This document shows, piece after piece, positions 1 to 9,742 of a stretch of DNA of 64,000 nucleotides; the stretch's first letter is position 1; every line of letters begins with the position of its first letter. Origin of the DNA: an uncultured delta proteobacterium (GTDB taxonomy: Bacteria > Desulfobacterota > Binatia > Binatales > Binataceae); contig CAVXXK010000014.1 in NCBI GenBank assembly GCA_963765675.1, positions 128,001 to 192,000 on the forward strand, read 5' to 3'. Position numbers and translations under genes: made by a program. The notes beneath the pieces are model-generated. The model was not told where the DNA came from. It made no database searches and saw only the letters and a program-made list of their open reading frames with translations.

Positions 1-201
1 GCGCGCTTCCCTGGCGATGATGTCGTGGTGGTCAGTCACGGCGGCGTGATGGTCTCGATGTGGGCGCATATCACGGGCGATTGGGAAGGTGCGCACGTTC
101 CCGCGAACTGCGGAATCGTTGTCGTTGAGCATCGTAATGGCGGTTACCTCAAGCCTCAGGTGATTGGTGATAATCAATCGCAGCGCGATGCAGGCGGATG
201 A
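1..201 (+). CDS. histidine phosphatase family protein, C-terminal part (truncated by window edge)
   Basis: Frame 1 reads ...DDVVVVSHGGVMVSMWAHITGDWEGAHVPANCGIVVVE...; VVSHGG plus P-x-N-C are typical of the phosphoglycerate mutase family; TGA at 199-201. Confidence 0.75.
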   Translation, partial: ARFPGDDVVVVSHGGVMVSMWAHITGDWEGAHVPANCGIVVVEHRNGGYLKPQVIGDNQSQRDAGG

Positions 202-210
202 GGCGGCGCG

Positions 211-1227
211 ATGAAATCGAACAGCTCGCCCACAATTGATCTTCATGCGCATACGATAGTTCCCGAATCCGAAGCGATTGCGCGGTCGGATTCGGGTTGG
301 GCTCGGGCGAACGAATTGGCTGCGATCGCCAGTGGGAAAGCGTCAGCGGAACAAAACCGCAAACTCATGACGACTGTGTACCGTGCGAAGTTCGCAAGCC
401 TCGAGACGCGTCTCGGCGCGATGGATGCGATGGGGATTGACGTGCAGACGGTCAGCCTCGCGCCGATCTATCATTACTGGGCGGACAGCGAGCTCGCGCG
501 GAAAATCGTGGCGAGCGCGAACGAGGGTTTGGCCGGCCTATGCGCGCGCCGGCCCGACCGCCTGGTGGGGCTCGGGATGCTCTCGATGCAGCATCCTGAT
601 TTGGCGGTCGAGCAATTGGACCACGCGGTTCGCGGCCTGGGACTTAAGGGCGCGATCATCTCAACCGCGGTCAATGAATCCGAAGTCGCCGATCCGCGTT
701 ACGATCCGTTGTGGACCAAGGCCGAGGAGCTGGACGCCCTGATTTTCCTGCATCCCGCCGGATGTCCGCTGGGCGCGCGGCTTGCTCCCTATTACTTGTC
801 AAATTTGTTCGGCAACCCCGCCGACACGACTGTCGCGTTGGCGCATCTGATATTTGGCGGAGTTCTCGATCGGTTTCCCCGGTTGAAACTCTGCGCCGCT
901 CACGGCGGCGGATTCTTTCCATTTTATGTGAGCCGTTTCGATCACGGATGGACCGTCCGGCCAGAATCGCATACCTGCCGCGAAATGCCGAGCAGTTACC
1001 TGCGCCGGATTTGGTTTGATTCGCTGGTCTACTCGCCAGAGCAACTTGAGCTTCTGGTTCGGCGCGCCGGAGTCAGCCAGGTAGTCGTAGGCACTGATTA
1101 TCCATTCGATATGGGCGTGGACGATCCTCTCGAACGTCTGGCCGCCGCGACTGGGTTGAGCAACGACGATCGAGCCGCCATTCGCGGCGACAACGCGGCC
1201 CGAATACTCAATCTGAACTCAAGATAG
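211..1227 (+). CDS. amidohydrolase_2 family protein (ACMSD-like decarboxylase/hydrolase)
   Basis: IDLHAH metal motif, FLHP, AHGGG and GTDYPFDM. Confidence 0.9.
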   Translation: MKSNSSPTIDLHAHTIVPESEAIARSDSGWARANELAAIASGKASAEQNRKLMTTVYRAKFASLETRLGAMDAMGIDVQTVSLAPIYHYWADSELARKIVASANEGLAGLCARRPDRLVGLGMLSMQHPDLAVEQLDHAVRGLGLKGAIISTAVNESEVADPRYDPLWTKAEELDALIFLHPAGCPLGARLAPYYLSNLFGNPADTTVALAHLIFGGVLDRFPRLKLCAAHGGGFFPFYVSRFDHGWTVRPESHTCREMPSSYLRRIWFDSLVYSPEQLELLVRRAGVSQVVVGTDYPFDMGVDDPLERLAAATGLSNDDRAAIRGDNAARILNLNSR

Positions 1228-1256
1228 GAATCTAACGACCTCATCCGGCACGAAGT

Positions 1257-1742
1257 ATGAGCACCACGCACCATCTGATTGTGAATGACAAAGCGTGTGA
1301 GGTAGCCGTCGATCACTACGACACGCCGCTTCTCTATGTTTTGCGCGACGACCTGGGGCTCAAGGGCACGCGGTTTGGCTGCGGCGACGGACAGTGCGGA
1401 TCGTGCATGGTGCTGGTCGATGGACGCGCGGCCAAATCGTGCGAGCTGCCGGTTTGGTCGGCCGAGGGCAAGTCCATCACGACGATTGAAGGTCTCGGAA
1501 CGATTGAGCATCTGAACCCGATTCAGCGGACCATCCTCGACTTCCAGGCGGGTCAATGTGGTTACTGTCTGTCTGGAATCATCATGGCCGCAGCCGAGTT
1601 GATTCAAAGCGAGCAGTGTCCTTCGCGCGAAGCTATTGTCGCTAAGCTGGCCTCGAATCTCTGCCGATGCGGCGCGCATACGAGGATCGTAAACGCAATC
1701 GAAGTGGCGTGGCGCAGAGTTGCGCAGGGAGCCGACGAATGA
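1257..1742 (+). CDS. (2Fe-2S)-binding small subunit of a molybdenum hydroxylase (IorA/NicA-like)
   Basis: GCGDGQCGSC...C and QCGYC...LCRCG motifs. Confidence 0.93.
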   Translation: MSTTHHLIVNDKACEVAVDHYDTPLLYVLRDDLGLKGTRFGCGDGQCGSCMVLVDGRAAKSCELPVWSAEGKSITTIEGLGTIEHLNPIQRTILDFQAGQCGYCLSGIIMAAAELIQSEQCPSREAIVAKLASNLCRCGAHTRIVNAIEVAWRRVAQGADE

Positions 1743-3850
1743 GCGCGATCGGCCTTCCGTGGAGTGTGCAGGAAAATCCACGGCTCGGAGATTGGGTTGA
1801 TTTAAGTGAAGCGGGAGTGGTGCGCGCGTTTACGGCCAAGGTCGAACTCGGACAGGGAATAGTCACCGCGATGGCACAAATCGCTGCCGAGGAACTGAGA
1901 CTCCCACTTTCCAGAATTGTGGTGGTTTCGGGCGACACGCGGTACTCGCCGAACGAAAGCTATACCGCCGGCAGCATGTCGATCGAAGTCGGAGGGACAT
2001 CGCTGAGAATCGCATGCGCGGAAGTACGCGAAGCGATCATCGAGAAAGCGGCGCAGATGCTCGCTACGGACGCTGCGCACCTCGCAGTCGACGACGGTGC
2101 GATTCTCGTCGACGGCGTTCGCTCGGCGATTGACTATTGGCAGGTTGCTCCAGAGATCGATTGGGACCGCCGAATTACCGGAAGTGCGCCGCTGAGCGAT
2201 CCGCGCCGATCGACGCAGATCGGAAAGAGCGTCGCGCGTTTTGACCTTCCGAGAAAGATCACGGGTGGAGCATTCATTCATGACCTCGAATTGCCCGGGA
2301 TGCTCCATGCGCGTGTACTGCGTCCGCCATCGAACGGAGCGCGCCTCGAAGCCCTGGACGTGTCGGCGGCGGCACGGCTGCCGGGGGTCGTAAAGATTTG
2401 GCGCAGCGGCGATTTTGTTGGCGTCTGCTGCGAGCGCGAGTATCAGGCGATAAAAGGACTCGAAGCACTTCGTGCGGGCGCAAAATGGATCGAAGACGAG
2501 AATTACCCGATCGACCAGAATTGGGCGCGGAGCCTTCCAGCTATGCGCTCGGTCGAGAGCGAGTCTGAGCTCGGTGCAAAATCCGCTCCGAGCGGTAGCG
2601 CGATCCGGATCTCCGCGACCTACTCGAAACCGCCGCTGGCGCACGCCGCGATGGGCCCGTCGTGCGCGGTCGCATGTTACGACGATGCGAAACTTACCGT
2701 CTGGACTCACTCGCAAGGTGTTTTTCCGCTGCGCGCGGCTTTGTCAGCAGCCCTCAAGATCAATCAGGAATCAATCACCGTGATTCATGTGCCAGGCGCC
2801 GGATGTTACGGGCACAATGGCGCCGACGACGCCGCGCTCGATGCGGCGCTGCTCGCGCGCGAGGTTCCGTCGCGTCCGGTGCGGGTGCAGTGGATGCGCG
2901 ATGATGAACTCGCGTGGTCGCCGTTCGGCTCGCCGATGGTGGTGAAGATTGAGGGTATAGTCACTCCGGAGGGAAAGATCGCCGACTGGGCGACTGAGAT
3001 TTGGAGTGCTCCTCATGGACGGCGGCCGAGCGGCCGCGCAACCAATCTGCTCGGCGCGGCGCACCTCGATCCGCCGGTGCCATTTCCAGAACTGCACGAG
3101 GACATGCGCAGATTTGCGGGAGGGTCGCGCAACTCCGAGCCCTCCTACGAGATGACGCACAGAAAAGTCGTGCTCCACAGCCTGCCTGATCTTCCTTTTC
3201 GTACCTCGGCGCTGCGTACTCTCGGAGGATATGCGAATGTATTCGCGGCCGAGTCCTTCATGGACGAAATGGCCTCGGCGGCGGGAATCGACGCGCTGGA
3301 ATTCAGGCTCCGGAACCTGGCCGATCCGCGTGCGCGCCGGGTCCTGGAAACCGCGGCCGGAATGGCGCGATGGCGTTCGGATTCGGAGCACGGAAAGGGC
3401 AAGGGCCAGGGTATCGGCTTTTGCCGATACAAGAACACCGCAGCCTATGTCGCAGTTGTTGCCGAGGTCGAAGTCGACCAGAATGTTCAGGTCCGAAAAG
3501 TCTACTGCGCGGTTGACGCGGGATTGGTGATCAACCCCGACGGAGTGATTAATCAAATCGAAGGCGGCATTATCCAGTCGATTAGCTGGACGCTGAAAGA
3601 ACAAGTCACTTTCGATCGCGGCCGCGTCGTTACCGCGTCCTGGGAAAACTATCCAATTCTCCGATTCGACGAAGTCCCTGCCGTCGAGGTGAAGCTCCTC
3701 GAGTCGGTGGAGTCCGCATCGTTGGGAGTGGGAGAGGCGGCTCAAGGACCTGCCGCGGCGGCGGTTGCGAACGCTGTCGCGCGAGCGCTCGACTGCCGGA
3801 TTCGCGACCTGCCAATAACTCGCGAACGGATCATCGCAAGCTTTGCATAG
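1739..3850 (+). CDS. molybdopterin-binding large subunit of a xanthine oxidase family hydroxylase (IorB/NicB-like)
   Basis: KVELGQG, GCYGHNGADD, NQIEGG and GVGE motifs; ATG overlaps the upstream TGA (ATGA). Confidence 0.9.
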   Translation: MSAIGLPWSVQENPRLGDWVDLSEAGVVRAFTAKVELGQGIVTAMAQIAAEELRLPLSRIVVVSGDTRYSPNESYTAGSMSIEVGGTSLRIACAEVREAIIEKAAQMLATDAAHLAVDDGAILVDGVRSAIDYWQVAPEIDWDRRITGSAPLSDPRRSTQIGKSVARFDLPRKITGGAFIHDLELPGMLHARVLRPPSNGARLEALDVSAAARLPGVVKIWRSGDFVGVCCEREYQAIKGLEALRAGAKWIEDENYPIDQNWARSLPAMRSVESESELGAKSAPSGSAIRISATYSKPPLAHAAMGPSCAVACYDDAKLTVWTHSQGVFPLRAALSAALKINQESITVIHVPGAGCYGHNGADDAALDAALLAREVPSRPVRVQWMRDDELAWSPFGSPMVVKIEGIVTPEGKIADWATEIWSAPHGRRPSGRATNLLGAAHLDPPVPFPELHEDMRRFAGGSRNSEPSYEMTHRKVVLHSLPDLPFRTSALRTLGGYANVFAAESFMDEMASAAGIDALEFRLRNLADPRARRVLETAAGMARWRSDSEHGKGKGQGIGFCRYKNTAAYVAVVAEVEVDQNVQVRKVYCAVDAGLVINPDGVINQIEGGIIQSISWTLKEQVTFDRGRVVTASWENYPILRFDEVPAVEVKLLESVESASLGVGEAAQGPAAAAVANAVARALDCRIRDLPITRERIIASFA

Positions 3851-3867
3851 ACCGCGCGAGTTCGATC

Positions 3868-4767
3868 ATGCCGCGTGACGTCGTCTATCAAGTCGATTCA
3901 AGATGTGAATTGCTGGCGTATCTCGTGAGCCAACAGCCTGCGCATTCGCGTAAACGTGCCAAAGAGTTACTTCGATTTGGTGCCGTCACGGTTCTAGGGA
4001 AGAAAAACGTTCGGCATGATACTCAGTTAGAACCCGGCGACGTCGTCAGCATCGCGGTTCGTGGCGGCCGCGTCGGCAGAGTGAAGCTTTATGGGATCAA
4101 GATTGTCCACCTGGATGAGGCTGTCGTAATCGTTGACAAGCCCGCCGCGTTGCTTTCGATGGGCTCGGAGACGGAGAAACAAAAGACCGCGCATCGAATA
4201 CTAAATGAACACCTCAAAGCGCTCGCCGGCTCGGAGACACAGCAGGCCTTCATAGTCCATCGCCTCGATCGCGAGACTTCTGGACTGATGGTATTTGCGC
4301 GAAGCGAGGCGATTCAGACCGCACTCCAGAAAGATTGGAAGAATGTCACAAAGACCTATCTGGCAGTGGTTGAGGGCGTGCCGGCGGAGACTAAGGGAAC
4401 GTTGACCGACCGTCTGCGCGAGGACGCTTCGATGCTGGTTCGCAGAGTGAGCCATGGCGGTGAGTTGGCCATTACGCACTATCGTGTACGAGACAAACGT
4501 GCGGACAAAGCACTGGTCGAGCTGACTCTCGAAACCGGCCGCAAGCATCAGATCCGGGTACAACTGTCCGGCCTGGGCCATCCGATCGCGGGCGACAAAA
4601 AATACGGAGCGCGCACCGATCCGGCCAATAGATTAGCGCTCCACGCATATCGGTTGAGCTTTCGCCATCCTGCCTCGGGCGCCCTCATGGAGTTCCAGAG
4701 CGCTCTGCCGCAAAGACTACAGTCTCTCGTCGGCCGCCGACGGGCGCCGCTCGGCAAATCGTCGTGA
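3868..4767 (+). CDS. RluA family pseudouridine synthase with S4-like N-terminus
   Basis: VHRLDRETSG catalytic motif and TGRKHQIRV. Confidence 0.93.
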   Translation: MPRDVVYQVDSRCELLAYLVSQQPAHSRKRAKELLRFGAVTVLGKKNVRHDTQLEPGDVVSIAVRGGRVGRVKLYGIKIVHLDEAVVIVDKPAALLSMGSETEKQKTAHRILNEHLKALAGSETQQAFIVHRLDRETSGLMVFARSEAIQTALQKDWKNVTKTYLAVVEGVPAETKGTLTDRLREDASMLVRRVSHGGELAITHYRVRDKRADKALVELTLETGRKHQIRVQLSGLGHPIAGDKKYGARTDPANRLALHAYRLSFRHPASGALMEFQSALPQRLQSLVGRRRAPLGKSS

Positions 4768-4863
4768 ATCGAAAACCTAAACTGATTTGGTTGGCATCGT
4801 GCGTCGAGCTAATGATGCCAGCAATGGACTTCGCCGCCAGCAGTGCGGCATAGGAGAAACAAA

Positions 4864-5826
4864 ATGAAAGCCGCCGTCTATTACCAAAACGGAACGCCCG
4901 AGGTTCTCAAATACGAAGATGTCCCCGATCCTGTATGCCATCCGAAGGGGGTGGTCATCCGCGTCGAGGCAGTGAGTATCGAAGGGGGCGACACCCTCAA
5001 TCGATGGCACGGCGCGCTGCTGACCAAGCCGCACATTGTCGGCTACCAGGCAGCGGGTGAGATAGTTGAGGTCGGAGCCGAAGTGACCGGCCTTCGCGTC
5101 GGCCAGAAAGTAACTACCGTCTACAACTTCGGCTCGCACGCGGCCTTGCGGCCGGTCCCCGCGCGCAACGCGTGGCCGGTTCCTGCAGGATTCGATATCA
5201 AACTCGCGGCGGCGATTCCGGTTCCTTTCGGTACCGCCGACGATTGCCTGTTCGAGTTCGGCCATCTGAAGTCCGGCGAGACCGTGCTGGTTCAGGCGGG
5301 CGCCAGCGGCGTGGGTGTCGCTGCGATCCAGCTTGCCAAACGCGCGGGCGCGACGGTCCTGGCGACGGCCTCGAGCGACGAACGCCTGGAGCGCTTGAAG
5401 CCTCTCGGTCTGGATCACGGTATCAACTATCGCCGGGACGATGTCGCAAAGTCCGTGATGAAGATAACCGAGGGCAAGGGCGTCAATCTGGTAGTCGATC
5501 CGGTCGGCGGCGCGACGCTGCAGGGCAGTATCATGTCGCTTGCATACCGGGGCCGAATCTCGATGGTCGGAGCGGCGGGTCGCGAGGCGATGACCGTTGA
5601 CGTATCACCGTTGATGGCAGGAAATCGGTCGCTCACCGGAGTCTTTCTTGGCGCCGAGATAGCGACTGACCGCGCGCACAACATGATCCAGCGCTTGATC
5701 GACGAAGCGGCGCGCGGTGAATTCAAAGTTGTGATCGACAGAACCTTCCCGCTGTCAGAGGCCGCCGCCGCGCATGCCTACATCGAAAGCCGCCAGGCGG
5801 TAGGCAGAGTTTTGTTGATTCCATAG
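4864..5826 (+). CDS. NADPH:quinone oxidoreductase-like (MDR/zeta-crystallin) protein
   Basis: MKAAV start after GGAG RBS; AGASGVG nucleotide-binding motif; AAAAHAYIESRQAVGRVLL C-terminus. Confidence 0.9.
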   Translation: MKAAVYYQNGTPEVLKYEDVPDPVCHPKGVVIRVEAVSIEGGDTLNRWHGALLTKPHIVGYQAAGEIVEVGAEVTGLRVGQKVTTVYNFGSHAALRPVPARNAWPVPAGFDIKLAAAIPVPFGTADDCLFEFGHLKSGETVLVQAGASGVGVAAIQLAKRAGATVLATASSDERLERLKPLGLDHGINYRRDDVAKSVMKITEGKGVNLVVDPVGGATLQGSIMSLAYRGRISMVGAAGREAMTVDVSPLMAGNRSLTGVFLGAEIATDRAHNMIQRLIDEAARGEFKVVIDRTFPLSEAAAAHAYIESRQAVGRVLLIP

Positions 5827-5844
5827 TCGTTGCCGCGAAAAGAA

Positions 5845-5877
5845 GCCGCCGCTCCTCCCGGATGGAGGAGCGGCGGC
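5845..5877. terminator. GC-rich hairpin between convergent genes, probable terminator
   Basis: gccgccgctcctcc-cggat-ggaggagcggcggc, a 14-bp perfect stem preceded by an A-rich run. Confidence 0.7.
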
Positions 5878-5903
5878 CATTCATGAGCGGGGCTGTTATC
5901 GCC

Positions 5904-7076
5904 CTAAGGTATCTGCGGACCGAAGGCGTCTCCGGCAGGCGCGACCAGTTCGGTGTTGCTGCCAGAAATCAGGACCTCCGGTTTGACGTTTCCGGTATCA
6001 CCCAGTTGGTCAGCCGCGAATATCGCGATACTGAGCGGTGCCGCGGAGTTTGCCACTGCAAGATTGCCCAAGTTGTCGAACGCGAGCCCGTTAGGCGAAC
6101 TGAGGCTTTGTACTTTCTTGACCTTCACCGGGTTAAAGGTCACCGCGGGAGTCGGAGTACCCGAGGCCGCCAGCGAGTCAGGAGCGAACGCGACCACGGT
6201 GAAAGGAGTATTGGCGTTGCTTGACCACAGATCGCCAAGGGTCGAGAAGACCAGCGCCCACGGGCCCTCGATCGAACTGTTGGTGTTATTCAATACAATG
6301 GTTGGCGATTCGTCATGAACACCGCCGGCTAGCAAGGTCTCCACTATCGAATTGTCGTATTCGAAAATGCTTGTGTCGCCGTTGTTCGCAATCCATAGAT
6401 TGCCGGAAGAATCGAAAGCAATGCCAAGCGGACCACTCAGACCGCCCGCGCCCGTCGTGGTGAGCTGTCCTTGCGGGGTAATATCTCCTGAAGTCGTGAG
6501 CTGATCCGCCAGGAATACATCGACGGCTCCGGTGCTGTTATCCGTGACCCACATATTGCCGGTGGAATCGAACACCGCCTGTTGCGGAAATCCGAACGGA
6601 GTCGTGGTCACGTCAGTCGTATTGGTGATCGTCACGGCCGGTGTAAGATTCAAAGAACCGCCTGCGGCGATTTGCGCAGCCGTAAATTCTTCCAGCGCGG
6701 GGAACGCGTCTCCGGTCGATGAGGTGGCGATGGCGCCTCCGTCTATAACCCAGAGATCCCCCGCAGTATCAAACAGCACTCCCTGTGTGGAAAGGAAGCC
6801 GGCGCTGTTGGTTACGATGACGCTCGGCGCGATGTTGGGGGTTCGCGACGTGAACGGAGAGGTGAATTCCAAGACGTTTGAACCGTTCGCAACCCATATT
6901 CCCTCATCGGTAGTAAATGAAAAATGATGTGGTCGAAATGATGATGACGACGAACCGCCGCACCCAGCCGCCACAACCGCCATCACGAGCATGATGGCGC
7001 AGAATGATGCCGTTGTCGCACGGCTCAGCCGGTCGCGACCGGAAAAATATCGCGTCGAACGTCCACTGCTAATCAT
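5904..7076 (-). CDS. NHL-repeat beta-propeller lipoprotein
   Basis: Lipobox VAAGC followed by a Ser-rich linker; repeated P-x-G-[IL]AFD-x-x-GN[LM]W[VI]-x-N units; acidic and Thr-rich. Confidence 0.8.
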   Translation of the reverse strand: MISSGRSTRYFSGRDRLSRATTASFCAIMLVMAVVAAGCGGSSSSSFRPHHFSFTTDEGIWVANGSNVLEFTSPFTSRTPNIAPSVIVTNSAGFLSTQGVLFDTAGDLWVIDGGAIATSSTGDAFPALEEFTAAQIAAGGSLNLTPAVTITNTTDVTTTPFGFPQQAVFDSTGNMWVTDNSTGAVDVFLADQLTTSGDITPQGQLTTTGAGGLSGPLGIAFDSSGNLWIANNGDTSIFEYDNSIVETLLAGGVHDESPTIVLNNTNSSIEGPWALVFSTLGDLWSSNANTPFTVVAFAPDSLAASGTPTPAVTFNPVKVKKVQSLSSPNGLAFDNLGNLAVANSAAPLSIAIFAADQLGDTGNVKPEVLISGSNTELVAPAGDAFGPQIP

Positions 7077-7546
7077 TCTCCCCTCCTGTCAACATCCGTT
7101 GATAAAATACGCATTATTTCACGTCAAAGAGCGATAATACTTTGTTCATGCAGATATCATCGCTCCTATAAGCAGTCGTTCCGCGACAACGAGGCACCAC
7201 AGATAGGTGAAGACGTCTGACTCTAGAGAAAGTTGCATCGCGGCAAACGAATACATAGACGCCACGCGCGAAAAAATATTCGATTCCGAAGGCAGCGTTG
7301 CGCGAATCCCCTGGCAGCGATTGCTTTGTGATGCGCTCTGATGCCCGTTCGTGCACCAATATCGCAGACGGTAGCTCGTAGTCAAGAGCGTTTTCACTGC
7401 GAGTCTGGGTCGGATCAATGGAGGGATCCGCTGAGAGAGTTGCGGACGCGGCCGTCTAGGCACGATCCGCCGCGTATCCGCGACGTACCGCGATTAAGAG
7501 TGAGAATCTATTATCTGCTTCCGGCGACTTAGTATTTAGATGAGTC

Positions 7547-8752
7547 TTAACCAGCAGATGCGTGGTCGGACCGGCGCAAGTCGGATGCGAGGCCATTTCC
7601 CATCAAATCGATAAAATTGTCGCAGTAGAATCGGCTACGAGCGGCTTCGGGCGATGTGCGCATTGCATCTTCGAAACGCTTTAGAGGATTTCGTCCACCC
7701 TCGACATGCGGAAAATCCGACGAGAACATGCAAATCTCATCCCCCGAGTTGGCGATAATCCAGCCCGTCTCTTCCGCCGGGTAGGGCGTCACCCGGACTT
7801 GCCGGCGGACAAACTCGCTCGGCCGCAGCGACATCTTCTTGAGGCGGTCTTCGTTCTTGATGAACGCCGTATGCGCCGAATCCATCGCGCGCATCCATCC
7901 TGGCAGCCACGATGCTCCCTGCTCGATCACTCCGAACTTGAGCCGTGGATAGCGGTCGAGCACGCGGTCGAAGATCATCGTCGCGAGCGTCTGCATCGGC
8001 GGATACGGAATCGCCATGTAATCGACCGAACGGAAGTTCCCGTCGCCGCCATGAAAATCCGGCACGGGCGGCATCCCGTTGACGAAATAATCCGGCGACA
8101 GCAGGGGTCCGCCGCCACCGACGTGAAACAGGATCGGTATTCCCGCTTCCTGCGCCTGCGCCCACACCGGATCGAACCCCACATGGCTCGGCGAATGTCC
8201 CTTGGGGCATCGCGACGGGATAAGCAGCGCTTTGGCGCCGAGCGCGATCGCCTCGCGCGCGATCGCGTCAGCCTCTGCGAAATCCGCAAGCGGCACGTAG
8301 CACGACGCAAGCATCCGCCGGTCGATCGAGCAGAAATCGATCATCGCGCGATTGAATCCGCGCGCGACCTCCGCCCGCTTCTTCGGATCATTGCCATGCT
8401 CGAGATTGAGCAGCCCAAGGAAGGTCGTGGTGAATACGAGCTGGCTTGCGAAGCCCAGGCTGTCGAGCGCGCGAGGACGGTCCTCGCGCCGCCATGACCC
8501 CAGCGCTTCGTAATTTTTTCGCAGCATGATCTGGCGCTCGCCCTCGGCGAGCCATGCGGGATCGTCGTGGCGGCCGCGCACGATCGCGAACAGGTCGCGG
8601 CCCTGCTTTTCGCCGAGTGCGCTGAACATATTCTGGCGCTTGATTTCGCGCGCGTACTCGTCGCAGACGTAGCCGTCGAGGAAATCCGGCGCCTCCATGA
8701 TATGCGCGTCAGCGTCGTGAATCGTGCGGCCTTCAATGTATGCCATGAGCAT
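7547..8752 (-). CDS. amidohydrolase_2 family protein
   Basis: HDADAHIME, LFHVG and FSSDFPHVEG. Confidence 0.9.
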   Translation of the reverse strand: MLMAYIEGRTIHDADAHIMEAPDFLDGYVCDEYAREIKRQNMFSALGEKQGRDLFAIVRGRHDDPAWLAEGERQIMLRKNYEALGSWRREDRPRALDSLGFASQLVFTTTFLGLLNLEHGNDPKKRAEVARGFNRAMIDFCSIDRRMLASCYVPLADFAEADAIAREAIALGAKALLIPSRCPKGHSPSHVGFDPVWAQAQEAGIPILFHVGGGGPLLSPDYFVNGMPPVPDFHGGDGNFRSVDYMAIPYPPMQTLATMIFDRVLDRYPRLKFGVIEQGASWLPGWMRAMDSAHTAFIKNEDRLKKMSLRPSEFVRRQVRVTPYPAEETGWIIANSGDEICMFSSDFPHVEGGRNPLKRFEDAMRTSPEAARSRFYCDNFIDLMGNGLASDLRRSDHASAG

Positions 8753-8872
8753 CCTTCCCTGCGGTGAATACGAATACTCTAGACGATTCCGGCCGGATGC
8801 GTCATCAGGCCGCCGATTGCATAGCGAGCCGCTTAAGTCGCACGATCGAATGAGAGCGAGGAAGATTTAGCG

Positions 8873-9682
8873 ATGCTGAAGAAGTCGACGGTCGAAGAGT
8901 TGGCGCGGCGCCTTGAAGAATCGGAACGGACGCGCCGACAGATACGCCAGTTCTCAATTGAATATCCCGAGATTACGATCGAGGACGCGTACGCGATTCA
9001 GCAAGCGTGGGTCGCGTTGAAGCTTGCGGCCGGACGCACGCTTCGGGGTCACAAGATCGGGCTCACGTCGAAGGCGATGCAGGCATCGTCGCAGATCGAC
9101 GAGCCGGATTTCGGAGCGCTGCTCGACGATACGTTTTTCTCCGACGGCGCCGAGATCCCGTTCTCGCGCTTTATCGTGCCGCGAGTCGAGGTCGAGCTCG
9201 CATTCGTACTCGGCAAGGCGCTCAGCGGTCCGAACTGCTCGATCTTCGAGGTCCTCAGCGCGGTCGACTACGTGGTGCCTGCGATCGAGATTATTGACGC
9301 GCGCATCGATCAGATTGATCCGCAATCGAAAGTGCCGCGCAAAGTCTTCGACACGATTTCCGACAACGCCGCTTGCGCGGGGATCGTGATCGGGGGGCGT
9401 CCGGTCCGCCCGCTCGAGATCGATCTGCGATGGGTCGCCGCCGTCCTGTATCGTAATGGCGAGCTCGAGGAGTCTGGCGTCGCCGCCGCGGTGCTCAATC
9501 ATCCGGCAAACGGCGTCGCGTGGCTCGCGAACAAGCTCGCTGCGCACGGAGTCAGTCTGGCTGCGGGCGAGATTATTCTGGGCGGATCGTTTACGCGTCC
9601 GATCGCGGCGCGGCCCGGTGACGTTTTTCACGCCGACTACCGCGAGCTAGGCTCGATCTCGTTTCGCTTCTCGCGCGAGTAA
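8873..9682 (+). CDS. hpaH: 2-oxo-hept-4-ene-1,7-dioate hydratase
   Basis: [28 protein letters not shown] and GSFTRP. Confidence 0.9.
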   Translation: MLKKSTVEELARRLEESERTRRQIRQFSIEYPEITIEDAYAIQQAWVALKLAAGRTLRGHKIGLTSKAMQASSQIDEPDFGALLDDTFFSDGAEIPFSRFIVPRVEVELAFVLGKALSGPNCSIFEVLSAVDYVVPAIEIIDARIDQIDPQSKVPRKVFDTISDNAACAGIVIGGRPVRPLEIDLRWVAAVLYRNGELEESGVAAAVLNHPANGVAWLANKLAAHGVSLAAGEIILGGSFTRPIAARPGDVFHADYRELGSISFRFSRE

Positions 9683-9742
9683 GAGACTCAACTCGTGTGA
9701 AAGTTCGGCGCATCATTGAGCAGGAGGGGAGTATTGAAGCCG

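Noticed and set aside
7077-7546. 470-bp intergenic gap as a riboswitch or sRNA
   Set aside because: No recognisable aptamer, terminator or correctly spaced promoter; TGGCAGCGATTGC has the wrong sigma54 spacing
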